A DNA stretch of 64,000 nt from Cenarchaeum sp. (GCA_965242695.1 CBDESU010000001.1:64001-128000), one strand, 5' to 3'. Shown: positions 42,901-51,888, numbered from the stretch's first letter. Notes: generated by a model not told the origin, from the sequence alone. A program made the numbers and translations.

Positions 42901-44261
42901 GGGTGCAGCTGCAGCGCGTCGACACGCCGCCGGTCTCGCCGGTCGAGGGCGTGAGCCGCGCATACGCCGGCGGCGGCGGGCCCGTGGCGTACCTGGGGCC
43001 GATGTTGCCGGCCTCGGCCGCGCCGCTGGCCAAGTTTGCGACCGACAACGGCCTCGTAATGGTCAGTCCGGGAGCAACGTCTGCGAGCCTCGCAATGCGG
43101 GACAACTTTTTCCGCCTCTCGCTGACGGACCGGTACGAGGCCGATCTGCTCACGATTGCGGCCCACCGCGAGGGCGTCCGGACCGTCCTGCCCGTCCTGC
43201 TCGACGAGACGCTCGGCCGCAGCTACGGGAGCGAGATCAGGATAGAGGCAGCCAAGCTCGGCATGGCGTACCTAGATCCCGTCTACATACCGTTTTCGCG
43301 CCAGGCGCTGAACCTGTCGTCGACCGTGGCCGAGATCGACGGGATTGTGGCCGGGCTAGAGTCGAGCGGGACCGACCTGTCGTCGGTCGGGATAATTGCG
43401 GTCGCGCTCAACAAGGACCTCCACTCGCTGGCCCACTATGCGGTCGACTATCCGCGCCTCGCATCGGTAAAGTGGTTCGAGCCGACGCTGCTGTTCGCGC
43501 CGCAGCCGATCACGGATCCAGAGACGCTCCGGCTTGCGCAGACGGTCCCGTTCTACAGCCTGTCTTGGGATCTTCCGCAGACGGAGAGGCTCGAGCGCGT
43601 TCGCAGCACGCTTGCCGAGCGGGAGGGCTTCCCGCCAAACCAGTTCTCGTACGCCGCGTACGACGCCGTGTACATGCTCGCCGACGCAATCCGAATGTCG
43701 ATGGCCCCCGACGGCTCGTACGCGGGGGCGGACGTGGCCTCGAACATGCATGCAGCCGCCGACGGGCTCGACGGCGTGCTCGGCAGCAGCGTGCGCCTGG
43801 ACGAGAACGGCGACCGCATACTGCCAAACCGCGCCATCATATGGAAGACGTCGAGCGAGGGCGCCTGGGAGGACACGACGGACCGTGCCGAGCTGGATCC
43901 CGTGTGCGGCATCTCGCTCGAGAGGGGCACGATCTCGTTTGGCCGCGTAAACGCGGGCGGGCAGTCGGGCACCGAGGCGCAGACGATAACAAACGTCGGC
44001 ACCCTGTCCATTGACGGCATGGAGATCGGCGCGACGGACTGGACGGGCGCCGCAAACTCGACCGTCCTGGACAAGGGCGCGACAAGCGTGATGATCGGCG
44101 GCGGGGAGTGGACCTCGCTGTCCGGCGCGGCCGCGGCGGCGCCCGAGGGCGTGCAGACCGACGCAAAGTTCCGCCTTGATGTACCGCGGTTCACGCCGCA
44201 GAGCAGCGCCGGCGATGCCGAGCAGACCATAACGTACACCGTCTCGTGCGGTGCGCCGTAG
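36942..44261 (+). CDS. Giant secreted protein with six tandem LivJ/ANF-type periplasmic binding domains and a C-terminal beta domain
   Basis: Six 'Y(I/V/L)GP..S...FR...D.WG...Y.AYD...G.I.L...GD' modules. Signal peptide ending SAHAQ. Confidence 0.88.
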   Translation: MLNRSARTGHSAGAIAAFAIAAVAIAGLAAAPPADVAPWSAHAQSSATVKVGALVANATGSDFRDDNRTAVIERAVRLFNGMYDDIDLDLSVTEFVRNETVNREEPRALAGAYDNGAGPSFYIGPTTSEGLTHILENDTTQALLDGDDVLLVTPSSEAPRLADVDNIFRLAFNVARQGDMLVDEMKAAEIKSYIVVARNDTWGQDIAGYVVKRAGQEGLESKGRFMFDINRSAAHWEQVRERVESSAGSVPAGEDRIGVFFFGYDRDYSDMAAAANGSDAIRGNTAWFAPSSTGIGAPSRISNDTARDFSTDVGLTALSQDIADSEAKRGIDEFLFGDGRSRNATFYEYSAHDSVFVLGHAMRMAIAAGGDADNVTAVKRYMAAAAMNYTGAALGDGLLLDGNGDLRAPDSFTVHTLDRSTGEWSDGRTVGSTVTLVGALLAINNTDYDDDEARDALLQAAAEYNNGTDRRPLVKLITYDITDPADQGGYVALDALMRAHDNGAGPSAYIGPSLSSNVDEVLNYSNDNDILLLSYGSESEDLSIPGDNLFRTAVSTDRHGKFMAEVMKDAGVQSVVTVVYGDSWGLSYNASIAAALAPNGLSQAGSVKFEENNTAWGPVLDVIAAAVAKGGMVGVAFVGFDMDQNSLAAAALANSTARSVQWFVSPTGFYEMEGDALDFARNVSLTAIVNDVEESARMLSLDGRVAGDLDFYDYAAYDSLFILGNTIAAAVESGKATNITADDLRPLVPAQADAYDGILGDIALNANGDLGSPDRFAVYKIDGTSGKWMKTDAAKSTPVVRIGALLAIDNADYADNNARDVLRQASADFNAAPGDRPFYVSLTTYDITDPTNSSAYVALGAMTDAYDNGNGPSAYIGPSLSSNVERVLSYATSNDILVLGYASESESLSKPGDNLFRTAISTARHGHFMAQVMADAGVESVVTVVRDDPWGQSMSASIGEALAPNGLRLAGAVKFAPATTDWASTVEEIAAAIGDNSQVGVAFVGVRSEQDGLAAAASGSMAATSATWFVTPSGFYRDMSEATSSFARAVDMTAIVLDVEDGDKKSALDGKVVGELNFYDYAAYDGLFILGNSAAAASGDTGRDVSALNATDLRSVIPAQADLYEGVLGDIALNSKGDLRSPDRFAVWKVDGTTGMWMDTGVTKSTPVVDVGAVVILESDRFDDSPRLAAMHIAVDDYNTAAEDGGALYLNLRVVQTSLSPGSATPTSPVAHEAVMAASGGEDGMRYYVGPSTSGNSQRVLEYANANNLTLISPSSTAPSLATEGDALFRLVPNDSQQGKVLADIVHNQQGALLAALIDQTGHEHVVMVVRNDTWGQGLDASTSGRLGVHEVDITRIVHEESDADWSKTAMDISAEINRVRTATPNDPIAVLHIGFPGDFVSLAAQAPDYPDMRTVPWFGTDGVAGTAPLVTNATARQFADDVNLTATKFDVIANEKFDRLTAALESRGVQVRTTYEYSAYDSVFVLGQAIEAAMSESDSYGPLDVRSAVRAAAAEYEGVLGDIELNRAGDLRTPNSYAAWTVEGDSWTKVETHPSTPVFDVGALLLLDNNPVWTDDREKAAMDVAVDDFNTDHELVGDFYLNLAVQRISIAPNTDSPDPDALAGLMSAHANGAGPSLYIGPSTSGNTGRVLEYANANGIVLISHSSTAPSLAMCGDNLFRMVAPDSRQGGILADLIGAGGGGVTDLVMAVRDDTWGRGVDGTTAEGLGNGTSVTRISFAESEGDWAGVAARLGAAVDSASASAAAKPQGKAAVLFIGFAGDFNSIASQGSAVPSLSSVDWFGPDGVGNSPAIIANSTSVAFAKQVNITTVIFTVRGNAVNERLDPSAVYGPSAYDSVRIMGDAIKAAYAGSGSVPAALDVKAEIPPAAAAYSGALGNVTLDANGDLLSPSAYGVYRIGADDTWDLVRVQDAHGDAGTCEARYITIGELFTAAIGEVGPLNDAVHKAYALAVEDYNREQAAAGSPVRVQLQRVDTPPVSPVEGVSRAYAGGGGPVAYLGPMLPASAAPLAKFATDNGLVMVSPGATSASLAMRDNFFRLSLTDRYEADLLTIAAHREGVRTVLPVLLDETLGRSYGSEIRIEAAKLGMAYLDPVYIPFSRQALNLSSTVAEIDGIVAGLESSGTDLSSVGIIAVALNKDLHSLAHYAVDYPRLASVKWFEPTLLFAPQPITDPETLRLAQTVPFYSLSWDLPQTERLERVRSTLAEREGFPPNQFSYAAYDAVYMLADAIRMSMAPDGSYAGADVASNMHAAADGLDGVLGSSVRLDENGDRILPNRAIIWKTSSEGAWEDTTDRAELDPVCGISLERGTISFGRVNAGGQSGTEAQTITNVGTLSIDGMEIGATDWTGAANSTVLDKGATSVMIGGGEWTSLSGAAAAAPEGVQTDAKFRLDVPRFTPQSSAGDAEQTITYTVSCGAP

Positions 44262-44272
44262 GGGGATGCGCA

Positions 44273-47200
44273 GTGTCCCCGCACCCCGCGAAGGAAGCGA
44301 GCGCCGCCGGCGAAGAGCACGCGTGCAGCAGCGGCCCTGCCCGGGCCGGGGCATCGCCGCCTAGCAGGCCCCCGTACGCCGGCCTCGCATCGATCGCGAT
44401 GGCGGTGCTGGCAGTGGCCGGAGTCGCCGTCGTTGCCCTTGCAGGCGCTGCCGCGCCAGGCGGCCCTGCCCAGGACGGCGCGCAGCTTGACGCGCCGTGG
44501 GCGGCGCACGCCCAGCTGCAGCCGGCCGAGCCGGTCCGCATCGGGGCATTCATGGCGCCGGGCGGCGGATTCGACGACACTCCCCGCATACTCGCGCTCC
44601 GGCACGCCGTCGGCGAGTTCAACATGCAGGGCGGCGGCGCCCTGCTAGAGCTGGCCGAGTACAACTTTACGCGCGGCAACGAGTCGGCCGCACTCGAGGC
44701 CGCGTACGACGGCGGCGCCGGGCCGACGTACTACGTGGGCCCCACGACGAGCAGCGGCCTGTCCTCCATAATGGGCCTTGCCAACGGGAGCGGAATAGTG
44801 CTCGTCAGCCCCGCCTCTGACGCGGCGCACCTTGCCGTGCCGGGCGACACTACGTTCCGCCTCACGATCAGCGTCGAAAAGCAGGCGCGCGCGCTTGCCC
44901 GCATAATGTCAAACGCATCGATCGATGCGGCGGTCACCGTAATACGCGACGATGCGTGGGGGCGCAGCTTCAACGCCTCGCTCAGCGACGAGCTCGGCCT
45001 GCGGGGAGTCGAGCTTGCCGCGTCGGTGCCGTTTGCCGACTCGGGCGCCGACTGGGACGCGGCGGCGGGGGCGGCCGGCGCCGCGGCCTCGGACTTGGCC
45101 GCCGCGCAGGGATCGCCCCGGGCTGGCATCGTGTTTGCCGGCTTTGGATCCGACTACCGCGAGATGGCCGCAGCGGCCGCATCCGCCGGGCCCGGTGACG
45201 CGGCCGCCGCGGCCCGCGGCGTGCCCTGGTTCGCGCCGTCGGCCGCAATCGAGGGATCGACGCTCGTCCCAATAGCCAACAGTACGGTCCGCGCCTTTTC
45301 AGCCCAGGTCAACCTGACTGCACTCGGGCACAACGCGCCGTCAAACGCAGTCACCGACAGGCTGGATGCGGCCCTTGCGCCGCCCGGCGGCGATCCCGAG
45401 CGCCTGACGTACTACGAGTACGCCGCGTACGACTCGCTGTTCGTGCTCGGCACCGCGATCGGGATGGTCCGCGACGCAGCGGGGGGCGATATGCCAGACC
45501 CCGCGGCCGTCGCAGCGGCCATGCCGGCGGCCGCCCTGGCCCACAAGGGGGCCCTGGGCAGGATCGCGCTCAACCCGAGCGGCGACCTTCTCATGCCCGA
45601 CGCGTTCGGCGTGTGGCAGGTCGACGCGTCGGGGGCGTGGAACCGCACGGGCACGGCCGCATCCGGCACTCCGGTCACCGAGATCGGAATGCTCGCCATC
45701 CTGGCCGGCGGGCACGAGGCCAACAGGGTCGCCGCCGCGCGCCTTGCCGTCAACGACCACAACTGGGCGCAGGATGCGGCCGCCGCATCCTCGGGCGAAG
45801 GAGGGGACGGGCGCCACTACCTGCACCTGTCCGTACACAACATTACCGTCAACGACACCCCGCCGCGCGTGCTCGACGTCCTGCGGAATGCCCACGCCGG
45901 CGGAGAGGGCCCGTCGGTGTACGTGGGCCCGTCGACGAGCGGCAACACGGGGAGGGTCCTAGACTACGCCAACGCCAACGGCATCGTGCTCGTCAGCCCG
46001 TCGGCGACGGCGCCGTCCCTGTCGATCGAGGGCGACAACCTGTTCCGACTGGCGCCCGACGACAGCCAGCAGGGCCTCGTGCTTGCGAACGTGATCGGCC
46101 GCGACCTGGCGGCCGCCGGAGGGTCCGGCGGCGGCGCCGGCACGGTCGTAGTGGCCGCCCGCGACGACGCCTGGGGGCGCGACCTGAACCGGACCGCGGC
46201 CGTACGGCTCGCCGCGCTCGGCCTGGACACCGTGCCGATCCAGTTCTCGGAGCGCGCCGAATGGCAGTCGGTCGCGCAGCGGCTAAACGCGGCGATCGAC
46301 TCTGCGAGCGGCGCGGGCGGCCCTGCCGCCGTCCTGTTCATCGGCCTGGCGCCGGACTTTAGGGGGATCGCCCCGCTGGCAGGCGATGCCCTGCCGTGGT
46401 ACGCCCCCGACTCGATCGCCGCCTCGCGCGACATCGCCGGCGATGCGGCCGCGCGCGGCTTTGCCGACAGGGTCAACCTGACGGCGACGCTGTTCAACGC
46501 GCCGGCAAACGCCGAGCAGGACCGCGTCCGGTCGACCCTTGCCGAGTCGGGGATATCGGGCCTGCGCACGTACGACTATTCCACCTACGACTCGGTCTCC
46601 GTTCTCGGCGAGGCCGTTGCCAATGCCTGGGACTCGGGCGCGGACGCGGCGGCCGTTGCGGCCGCAATACCGCCGGCGGCAGGGGCGTACGAGGGGGCCC
46701 TCGGCGACATCGCGCTCAACTCAAAGGGCGACCTGCGCTCGCCCAACGACTATGCGCTTTGGACGATGGAGGACGATGCGTGGAAGCGCATCGAGGTGTT
46801 TGCGGGCACGCCGGTCGTCGAGTTCGGCGCCCTAGTGTCCCTGGACGGCACGCCGGCCTCTGACGCGGCCCGGCTCGAGGCCATGATGCTCGCCGTCGAC
46901 GAGTACAACGGCGCAGCCGAGGCGGCGGGGGGCCCGATGTACATCGACCTGTCCGTGTTCCGCACGAGCATAGTGCCGGCGGCCGCCACGCCGTCGTCGC
47001 CTGCTGCGGCCGCGGCCCTGGAGGCTGCCTACGCCGCCGGCGCCGGCCCGTCGTACTACATCGGCCCGACGACGAGCGGCAACGCCGCCCGGGTCCTCGG
47101 CTTTGCAGACTCGAACAACATTACGCTGATCAGCCCGTCGTCGACGGCCGCGTCCCTTGCCAGGGAGGGCGATGCGCTGTTCCGCCTCGCCCCCAACGAC

Positions 47201-50200
47201 GCCCTGCAGGGCCGCATCCTGGCCGACATCATACACAACCGGCAGGGGGACATCATCGCCGGCCTCATCCGCGGATCGGGCGCGGACGCGGTCGTCTCGC
47301 TAGTGCGCAACGACACGTGGGGGCGCGACCTGGACGACTCGGCGTCGGCCCGCCTTGCCGCTCACGGCATACCCGTAACCAGCATACTGCACGCCCCGCA
47401 CGGCGCAGACTGGACGGATACGGCATCCGAGCTGGACTCGGCGATCGGCTCGCTGCTGGACGGGGGCTCTTCCCCCGCAGTCCTCCATGTCGGGTTCCAG
47501 GGCGACTTTGCCGCGATCGCCGGCGAGAATGCGGCCGGCGGCTACGGCCGCCTTGCATCCGTTCCCTGGTACGGCACGGACGGCATCGCGCGCGGCTCGT
47601 CCGTCGTGTCCGACCCGGACTCGCTTGCGCTCGCCGGCGCGACAAACCTGACGGCGACCGTGTTCGACGCCCCGGCATCTCCGCGGCTTGATGCCGTCAA
47701 GGCGGCCCTGGCCGCGCGCGGCATCGCCTCGCCCGGCCCGTATGCGTACTCTTCGTACGACGCCGTCCTGGTCATGGCCGGCGCCGTCGAGATGGCCATG
47801 GAGTCGAAGGGCGCCTCTACGTACGCGCCGGCCGACGTGCGCGGCATGGTAAGGGCCGCGGCGGCGGCGCACGACGGCGCCCTGGGCGACATCGAGCTCA
47901 ACGGCGCCGGCGACCTGCGCACGCCCAACGGGTACGCCACGTGGACGGTCGAGGACGGGGCCTGGAAGAGGGCCGGCGCGCACCCCTCCACGCCCGTGTT
48001 CGACGTCGGAGCCCTGCTCGTCCTTGGCGCCGGGCAGCCGTACACGGACGGGGCCGAGCTGGGAGTCATCGAGGCGGCCGTCGACGACTTCAACACCGCG
48101 CACGAGCTCGTCGGCGACTTTTACCTCGATCTCGAGGTGCAGCGGATCCGGGCCTCGCCGGGATCGGGATCGGCCGACCCTGGCGCGCTTGCCGGCCTAG
48201 AGGCCGCGCATGCGGGCGGCGCCGGCCCGTCGTACTATGTCGGCCCGTCCTCGAGCGCCAACGCCGCAAGGATGCTCGACTATGCAAACCGCAACGGGCT
48301 CGTCCTGGTCAGCCCGTCGTCGACCGACCCGTCGCTTGCCGTGCCCGCAGATGCCCTGTTCCGCATGATCCCAGACTACACGAGGCACGCCGATGCCCTG
48401 GCGCGGCTCCTCGGCGAGAGGGGCGCGGCCGAGGTCGTGCTCGCCGTCAGGGACGACGCCTGGGGGGCAGGCGTGAATGCATCCGTGCGCGCCGCGCTCG
48501 GCGACCTAGAGGCGCCGCCGGCCGTATCGCAGGTCTCGTTTGCCGAGGACAACGCCGACTGGGCCGCCGTTGCGCGCGAGCTCGGGGCCGCCGCGCAGTC
48601 GGCCGCCTCGCGCGCGGCCGCATCCTCTGCCTACCCAGCCGTCGTGTTCGCCGGATTCGACGGCGACTTTGCGGCCCTCGCGCAGCGGGCGGCGGCCGAT
48701 CCCGATGCGGCGCGCGCGCTTGCATCCGCGGAATGGCTCGGCGCCGGCGGCATCAGCGCCGACCCCGCCACGCTGGCGGGCCCCGGCGCGCTGGATCTCG
48801 CGACGGCCGTCAACCTGACTGCCGTCCGCTTCGCCCCGCCCGCGACGGCCGTTGCGGCCGGCCTGGATCCCGCCGCCACGTACGGGCCGTCCGCGTACGA
48901 CTCTGTGCGCGTCCTGGGCGCGGCGATCGGCGCCGCGTACGCCGACTCGCCAAACGGCACCGCCCCGTGGGGCCCCGCGGTGGGCGAGGAGATGCGCGAG
49001 GCCGCCGCCGAGTACACGGGCGCCCTCGGGGACCTCGAGCTCGACGAAAGCGGCGACCTTGACCACCCAGCCACGTTCGGGGTATACTCGGCGGGCGCAT
49101 CGGCGGCGGACGGCGGGGGCGCATGGACGCTCGACCGCATCCTCGCGCCGGGCGCGGCCGGCGAGTGCCCTGCCGGCACGCGCTGCATCGCGATCGGCGA
49201 GCTGTACACGGCCGAGCTCGGCGAGGCCGCCGAGGAGATTCACGAGGCGTACGCGATGGCCGCCGAGGACTTTAACCGCGAGCAGGCAGCATCGGGCGCC
49301 TCGCCGCGCGCGCATATAGTCCTGCAGCGCGCCGAGGTCTCGCTCTTTTCTCCCCTCGAGGGGCTGGAGGCGGCGTACGCCGGCGGCGCCGGGCCGGCCG
49401 CGTACGTGGGCCCAATCACGAGCTCGTCGGCGCTGGCCATGAAGCCGCTCATCGACAAGGAGGGCATCGTCCTCGTCAGCCCGACGTCGGCGTCGACGGG
49501 CGGCGGCCTGGCCGATGCGGACACGCTGTTCCGCCTGGCCCTCAGCGACACGTACGAGGCGGACCTGCTCGCGATCTCGGCCGGCTACGAGGGCGTCGAG
49601 ACCCTGATTCCTGCCGTCCGCGGCGATGCGTACGGGCTGAGCTACGAGTCCGAGCTGCGCGCCGAGGGGCGGATACTCGGCATTGGCGTGCCCGGCTCGG
49701 TCGTCATGGAGATCGACGACTCTTCCCCGGCGCACGGCCTGCTCGACGCAAGCGCCGACGCGGCCGACCTGAACCGGCTCGCATCCGCGGCCGTCGCGTC
49801 CGGCACGCCGGCATCCGCGGTCGGGATCGTGGTGGCCGGCACGACGACAGACCTCCACGACCTGGCCCACTACGCCGTCGAGTACCCGCTGCTGACCGAG
49901 GCAAAGTGGTTCGAGCCGGGCAACCTCTACCCGCCGCGCCCCATAACTGACGCCGAGACGCTCGAGCTTGCAAGGACGGCCGAGCTGTTCAGCACGCAGT
50001 GGGACGTCCCGCAGACGGGCCGGTTCGACGACGTCCACGACCGCCTTGCCGCAAGGGTCGGCATCGAGCCGCACATGCACTCTTACGCGGCGTACGACGC
50101 CGTCCTGCTCCTCGCCGATGCCGTAAACAGGTCGATGGCCGCCGACGGCTCGTACGCCGGCCCCGACGTGGCGGCCGAGGTGCCCGCCGCCGCGGCGCGG

Positions 50201-50716
50201 CTCCACGGCCTGCTCGGCGACGGCCTGGTGCTCGACGCCGGCGGCGACCGCGTCTCGCCGAGCAGCGTCGTCCTGTGGAAGACCGAGCAGGGGACGGGCA
50301 GGTGGATCGACGACGGCCACCTGCACCTTGATCCTACATGCGGTATCGCCCTCAGGTCGGCCGAGCTTGCGTTCGGCGACGTCCGGCCCGGCCTGCCTTC
50401 GAATGCGGCCGTCCAGGGCGTGCGGGCTGCGGGCACCGTGCCCGTATCCGGACTGGACGTGCATGCGACGCCGTGGACGTCTGCGGGTACGGGCGATACG
50501 GTCCTGCCGAGCGCGGCGACGCAGCTGCTCGTGGGGCGCGACTGGACGCCGCTGGCGGGGACGGTAGACCTTGGAGGCGGCGAGGGCGGCAGCGGCGCCG
50601 CAGTCGCCTCGATCGCCTCTTGGCGCGACCTCAGCTTCCGCGTGAGCCCCGATGCCGGCGCCCCGATGCCGGGGCAGATTGTCCAGACCGTCACGTACGC
50701 CACTACGTGCGACTAG
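44273..50716 (+). CDS. Giant secreted protein with five tandem LivJ/ANF-type binding domains and a C-terminal beta domain
   Basis: Five modules (YVGPTTS, YVGPSTS, YIGPTTS, YVGPSSS, YVGPITS). Signal peptide ending AAHAQ. Start GTG 44273 or ATG 44399. Confidence 0.88.
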   Translation: MSPHPAKEASAAGEEHACSSGPARAGASPPSRPPYAGLASIAMAVLAVAGVAVVALAGAAAPGGPAQDGAQLDAPWAAHAQLQPAEPVRIGAFMAPGGGFDDTPRILALRHAVGEFNMQGGGALLELAEYNFTRGNESAALEAAYDGGAGPTYYVGPTTSSGLSSIMGLANGSGIVLVSPASDAAHLAVPGDTTFRLTISVEKQARALARIMSNASIDAAVTVIRDDAWGRSFNASLSDELGLRGVELAASVPFADSGADWDAAAGAAGAAASDLAAAQGSPRAGIVFAGFGSDYREMAAAAASAGPGDAAAAARGVPWFAPSAAIEGSTLVPIANSTVRAFSAQVNLTALGHNAPSNAVTDRLDAALAPPGGDPERLTYYEYAAYDSLFVLGTAIGMVRDAAGGDMPDPAAVAAAMPAAALAHKGALGRIALNPSGDLLMPDAFGVWQVDASGAWNRTGTAASGTPVTEIGMLAILAGGHEANRVAAARLAVNDHNWAQDAAAASSGEGGDGRHYLHLSVHNITVNDTPPRVLDVLRNAHAGGEGPSVYVGPSTSGNTGRVLDYANANGIVLVSPSATAPSLSIEGDNLFRLAPDDSQQGLVLANVIGRDLAAAGGSGGGAGTVVVAARDDAWGRDLNRTAAVRLAALGLDTVPIQFSERAEWQSVAQRLNAAIDSASGAGGPAAVLFIGLAPDFRGIAPLAGDALPWYAPDSIAASRDIAGDAAARGFADRVNLTATLFNAPANAEQDRVRSTLAESGISGLRTYDYSTYDSVSVLGEAVANAWDSGADAAAVAAAIPPAAGAYEGALGDIALNSKGDLRSPNDYALWTMEDDAWKRIEVFAGTPVVEFGALVSLDGTPASDAARLEAMMLAVDEYNGAAEAAGGPMYIDLSVFRTSIVPAAATPSSPAAAAALEAAYAAGAGPSYYIGPTTSGNAARVLGFADSNNITLISPSSTAASLAREGDALFRLAPNDALQGRILADIIHNRQGDIIAGLIRGSGADAVVSLVRNDTWGRDLDDSASARLAAHGIPVTSILHAPHGADWTDTASELDSAIGSLLDGGSSPAVLHVGFQGDFAAIAGENAAGGYGRLASVPWYGTDGIARGSSVVSDPDSLALAGATNLTATVFDAPASPRLDAVKAALAARGIASPGPYAYSSYDAVLVMAGAVEMAMESKGASTYAPADVRGMVRAAAAAHDGALGDIELNGAGDLRTPNGYATWTVEDGAWKRAGAHPSTPVFDVGALLVLGAGQPYTDGAELGVIEAAVDDFNTAHELVGDFYLDLEVQRIRASPGSGSADPGALAGLEAAHAGGAGPSYYVGPSSSANAARMLDYANRNGLVLVSPSSTDPSLAVPADALFRMIPDYTRHADALARLLGERGAAEVVLAVRDDAWGAGVNASVRAALGDLEAPPAVSQVSFAEDNADWAAVARELGAAAQSAASRAAASSAYPAVVFAGFDGDFAALAQRAAADPDAARALASAEWLGAGGISADPATLAGPGALDLATAVNLTAVRFAPPATAVAAGLDPAATYGPSAYDSVRVLGAAIGAAYADSPNGTAPWGPAVGEEMREAAAEYTGALGDLELDESGDLDHPATFGVYSAGASAADGGGAWTLDRILAPGAAGECPAGTRCIAIGELYTAELGEAAEEIHEAYAMAAEDFNREQAASGASPRAHIVLQRAEVSLFSPLEGLEAAYAGGAGPAAYVGPITSSSALAMKPLIDKEGIVLVSPTSASTGGGLADADTLFRLALSDTYEADLLAISAGYEGVETLIPAVRGDAYGLSYESELRAEGRILGIGVPGSVVMEIDDSSPAHGLLDASADAADLNRLASAAVASGTPASAVGIVVAGTTTDLHDLAHYAVEYPLLTEAKWFEPGNLYPPRPITDAETLELARTAELFSTQWDVPQTGRFDDVHDRLAARVGIEPHMHSYAAYDAVLLLADAVNRSMAADGSYAGPDVAAEVPAAAARLHGLLGDGLVLDAGGDRVSPSSVVLWKTEQGTGRWIDDGHLHLDPTCGIALRSAELAFGDVRPGLPSNAAVQGVRAAGTVPVSGLDVHATPWTSAGTGDTVLPSAATQLLVGRDWTPLAGTVDLGGGEGGSGAAVASIASWRDLSFRVSPDAGAPMPGQIVQTVTYATTCD

Positions 50717-50960
50717 GCGGCGCGGCGCGGCGCGCTGTAGACGCGGCCATGCCATGGGATGCTCCCTGCGGGGCGATCGCACTGGGGCCGCCCGCACGAG
50801 GCCTGATTTTGGGCGCCTGCACCGCCATGCGCCGCCGTACTGCGGCCCCTGCTGCCGCCATGCGTACCGTACGCCCCCCATCGCCGGCGCCCGTGCCGCC
50901 GACCCGGGAGCCGCCAGGCCGCCCCTGGCCATACCGTACGGCCCCACCGCCCCGCCCACG

Positions 50961-51000
50961 CCTAGGCGCCCCTAGGCGCCCCTAGGCGCCCCTAGGCGCC
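50961..51000. repeat. (CCTAGGCGCC)4 upstream of the amoX promoter
   Basis: Four exact 10-bp units ending about 35 bp before the TTTAATA box at 51036. Confidence 0.95.
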
Positions 51001-51065
51001 CCCGCGTGCCAGCGCTGGCCCGAAAATGAAAAGGCTTTAATACATGGAATCGAGGCTCGGCGCAA

Positions 51066-51428
51066 ATGACTCTTCCAAAGGGATTTGGATCGGGCGGCGC
51101 CGGCGGCACGAGCTCGGCCGATGTCGAAAAGATGATCGGGCGCCGTGTCGAGAACATGACCGGCCTGATTACCATCTCGTACATCGCTGCATGGCTTGCG
51201 ACCTTTGGCGGCACCGCGGCCGGGTACTTCTACTACCCATGGGCCTATCCGACCCCAAGCGGCCACTACGCCTTCATCGTCCTGACGATAGTCGAGGCCA
51301 TTGGCTACCTGTTCAGCGTAAAGGTGTCCGAGGAGGGATCCACAAAGAAGAGCAACGGCATCATAGCCGCGACGCTCGCTGGCACCGCGGTCGGCACCGT
51401 GCTCATATCGCTGTTCGTGGGCAACTAG
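51066..51428 (+). CDS. amoX: Ammonia monooxygenase-associated subunit AmoX
   Basis: 'MTLPKGFG...DVEKMIGRRVENMTG...YYPWAYPTPSGHYAFIVLTI'; located between amoC and amoA. Confidence 0.9.
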   Translation: MTLPKGFGSGGAGGTSSADVEKMIGRRVENMTGLITISYIAAWLATFGGTAAGYFYYPWAYPTPSGHYAFIVLTIVEAIGYLFSVKVSEEGSTKKSNGIIAATLAGTAVGTVLISLFVGN

Positions 51429-51888
51429 CCCGGGGATCCATTTTTCGTTTTTCGTCGTCGGGAGGGGCGCCTGCGCCCCGCCCTGCGCCGACGGCTGCGG
51501 CGGCGCGCGTGGGGTTCGCCTCGACTCGGGCCTGCGCACCCAGCGCCGCGTACCCGCCGGCATCGTGCAAGGTGGAGTGCATGCCCGCCCGGCGCCGCCC
51601 TGCCGTCCATGGCACTGCCTGCACATCCCTGCCGCCGATCGCCTCTGGCCCGGCACCTGTGGGATGGATGCAGCTGTAGGACATGTCAGATTCCTCCTAG
51701 AATCGAGCACCCGGCGCCCGGTGCGCGGGACTACCGCGAAAATTTCTTGGCGTGACCGTCGATCCGCCCGTCTTTTTGCCCTGCTGACTCAGAGGCCGTG
51801 TTGCACTCCGCGCGAGCAAAAGACGGCCCGCCTGCTGTGCGCACTCGGCTACCCTCTGGCAGGGGACCTGCGAAAAGGGGAGCCTACA

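Noticed and set aside
2565-50959. Long antisense or alternate-frame ORFs (e.g. 2888-4732, 6105-8018, 41040-43166, 48506-50959)
   Set aside because: Arg/Gly/Pro-rich shadow ORFs expected in high-GC coding DNA; they overlap well-supported genes.
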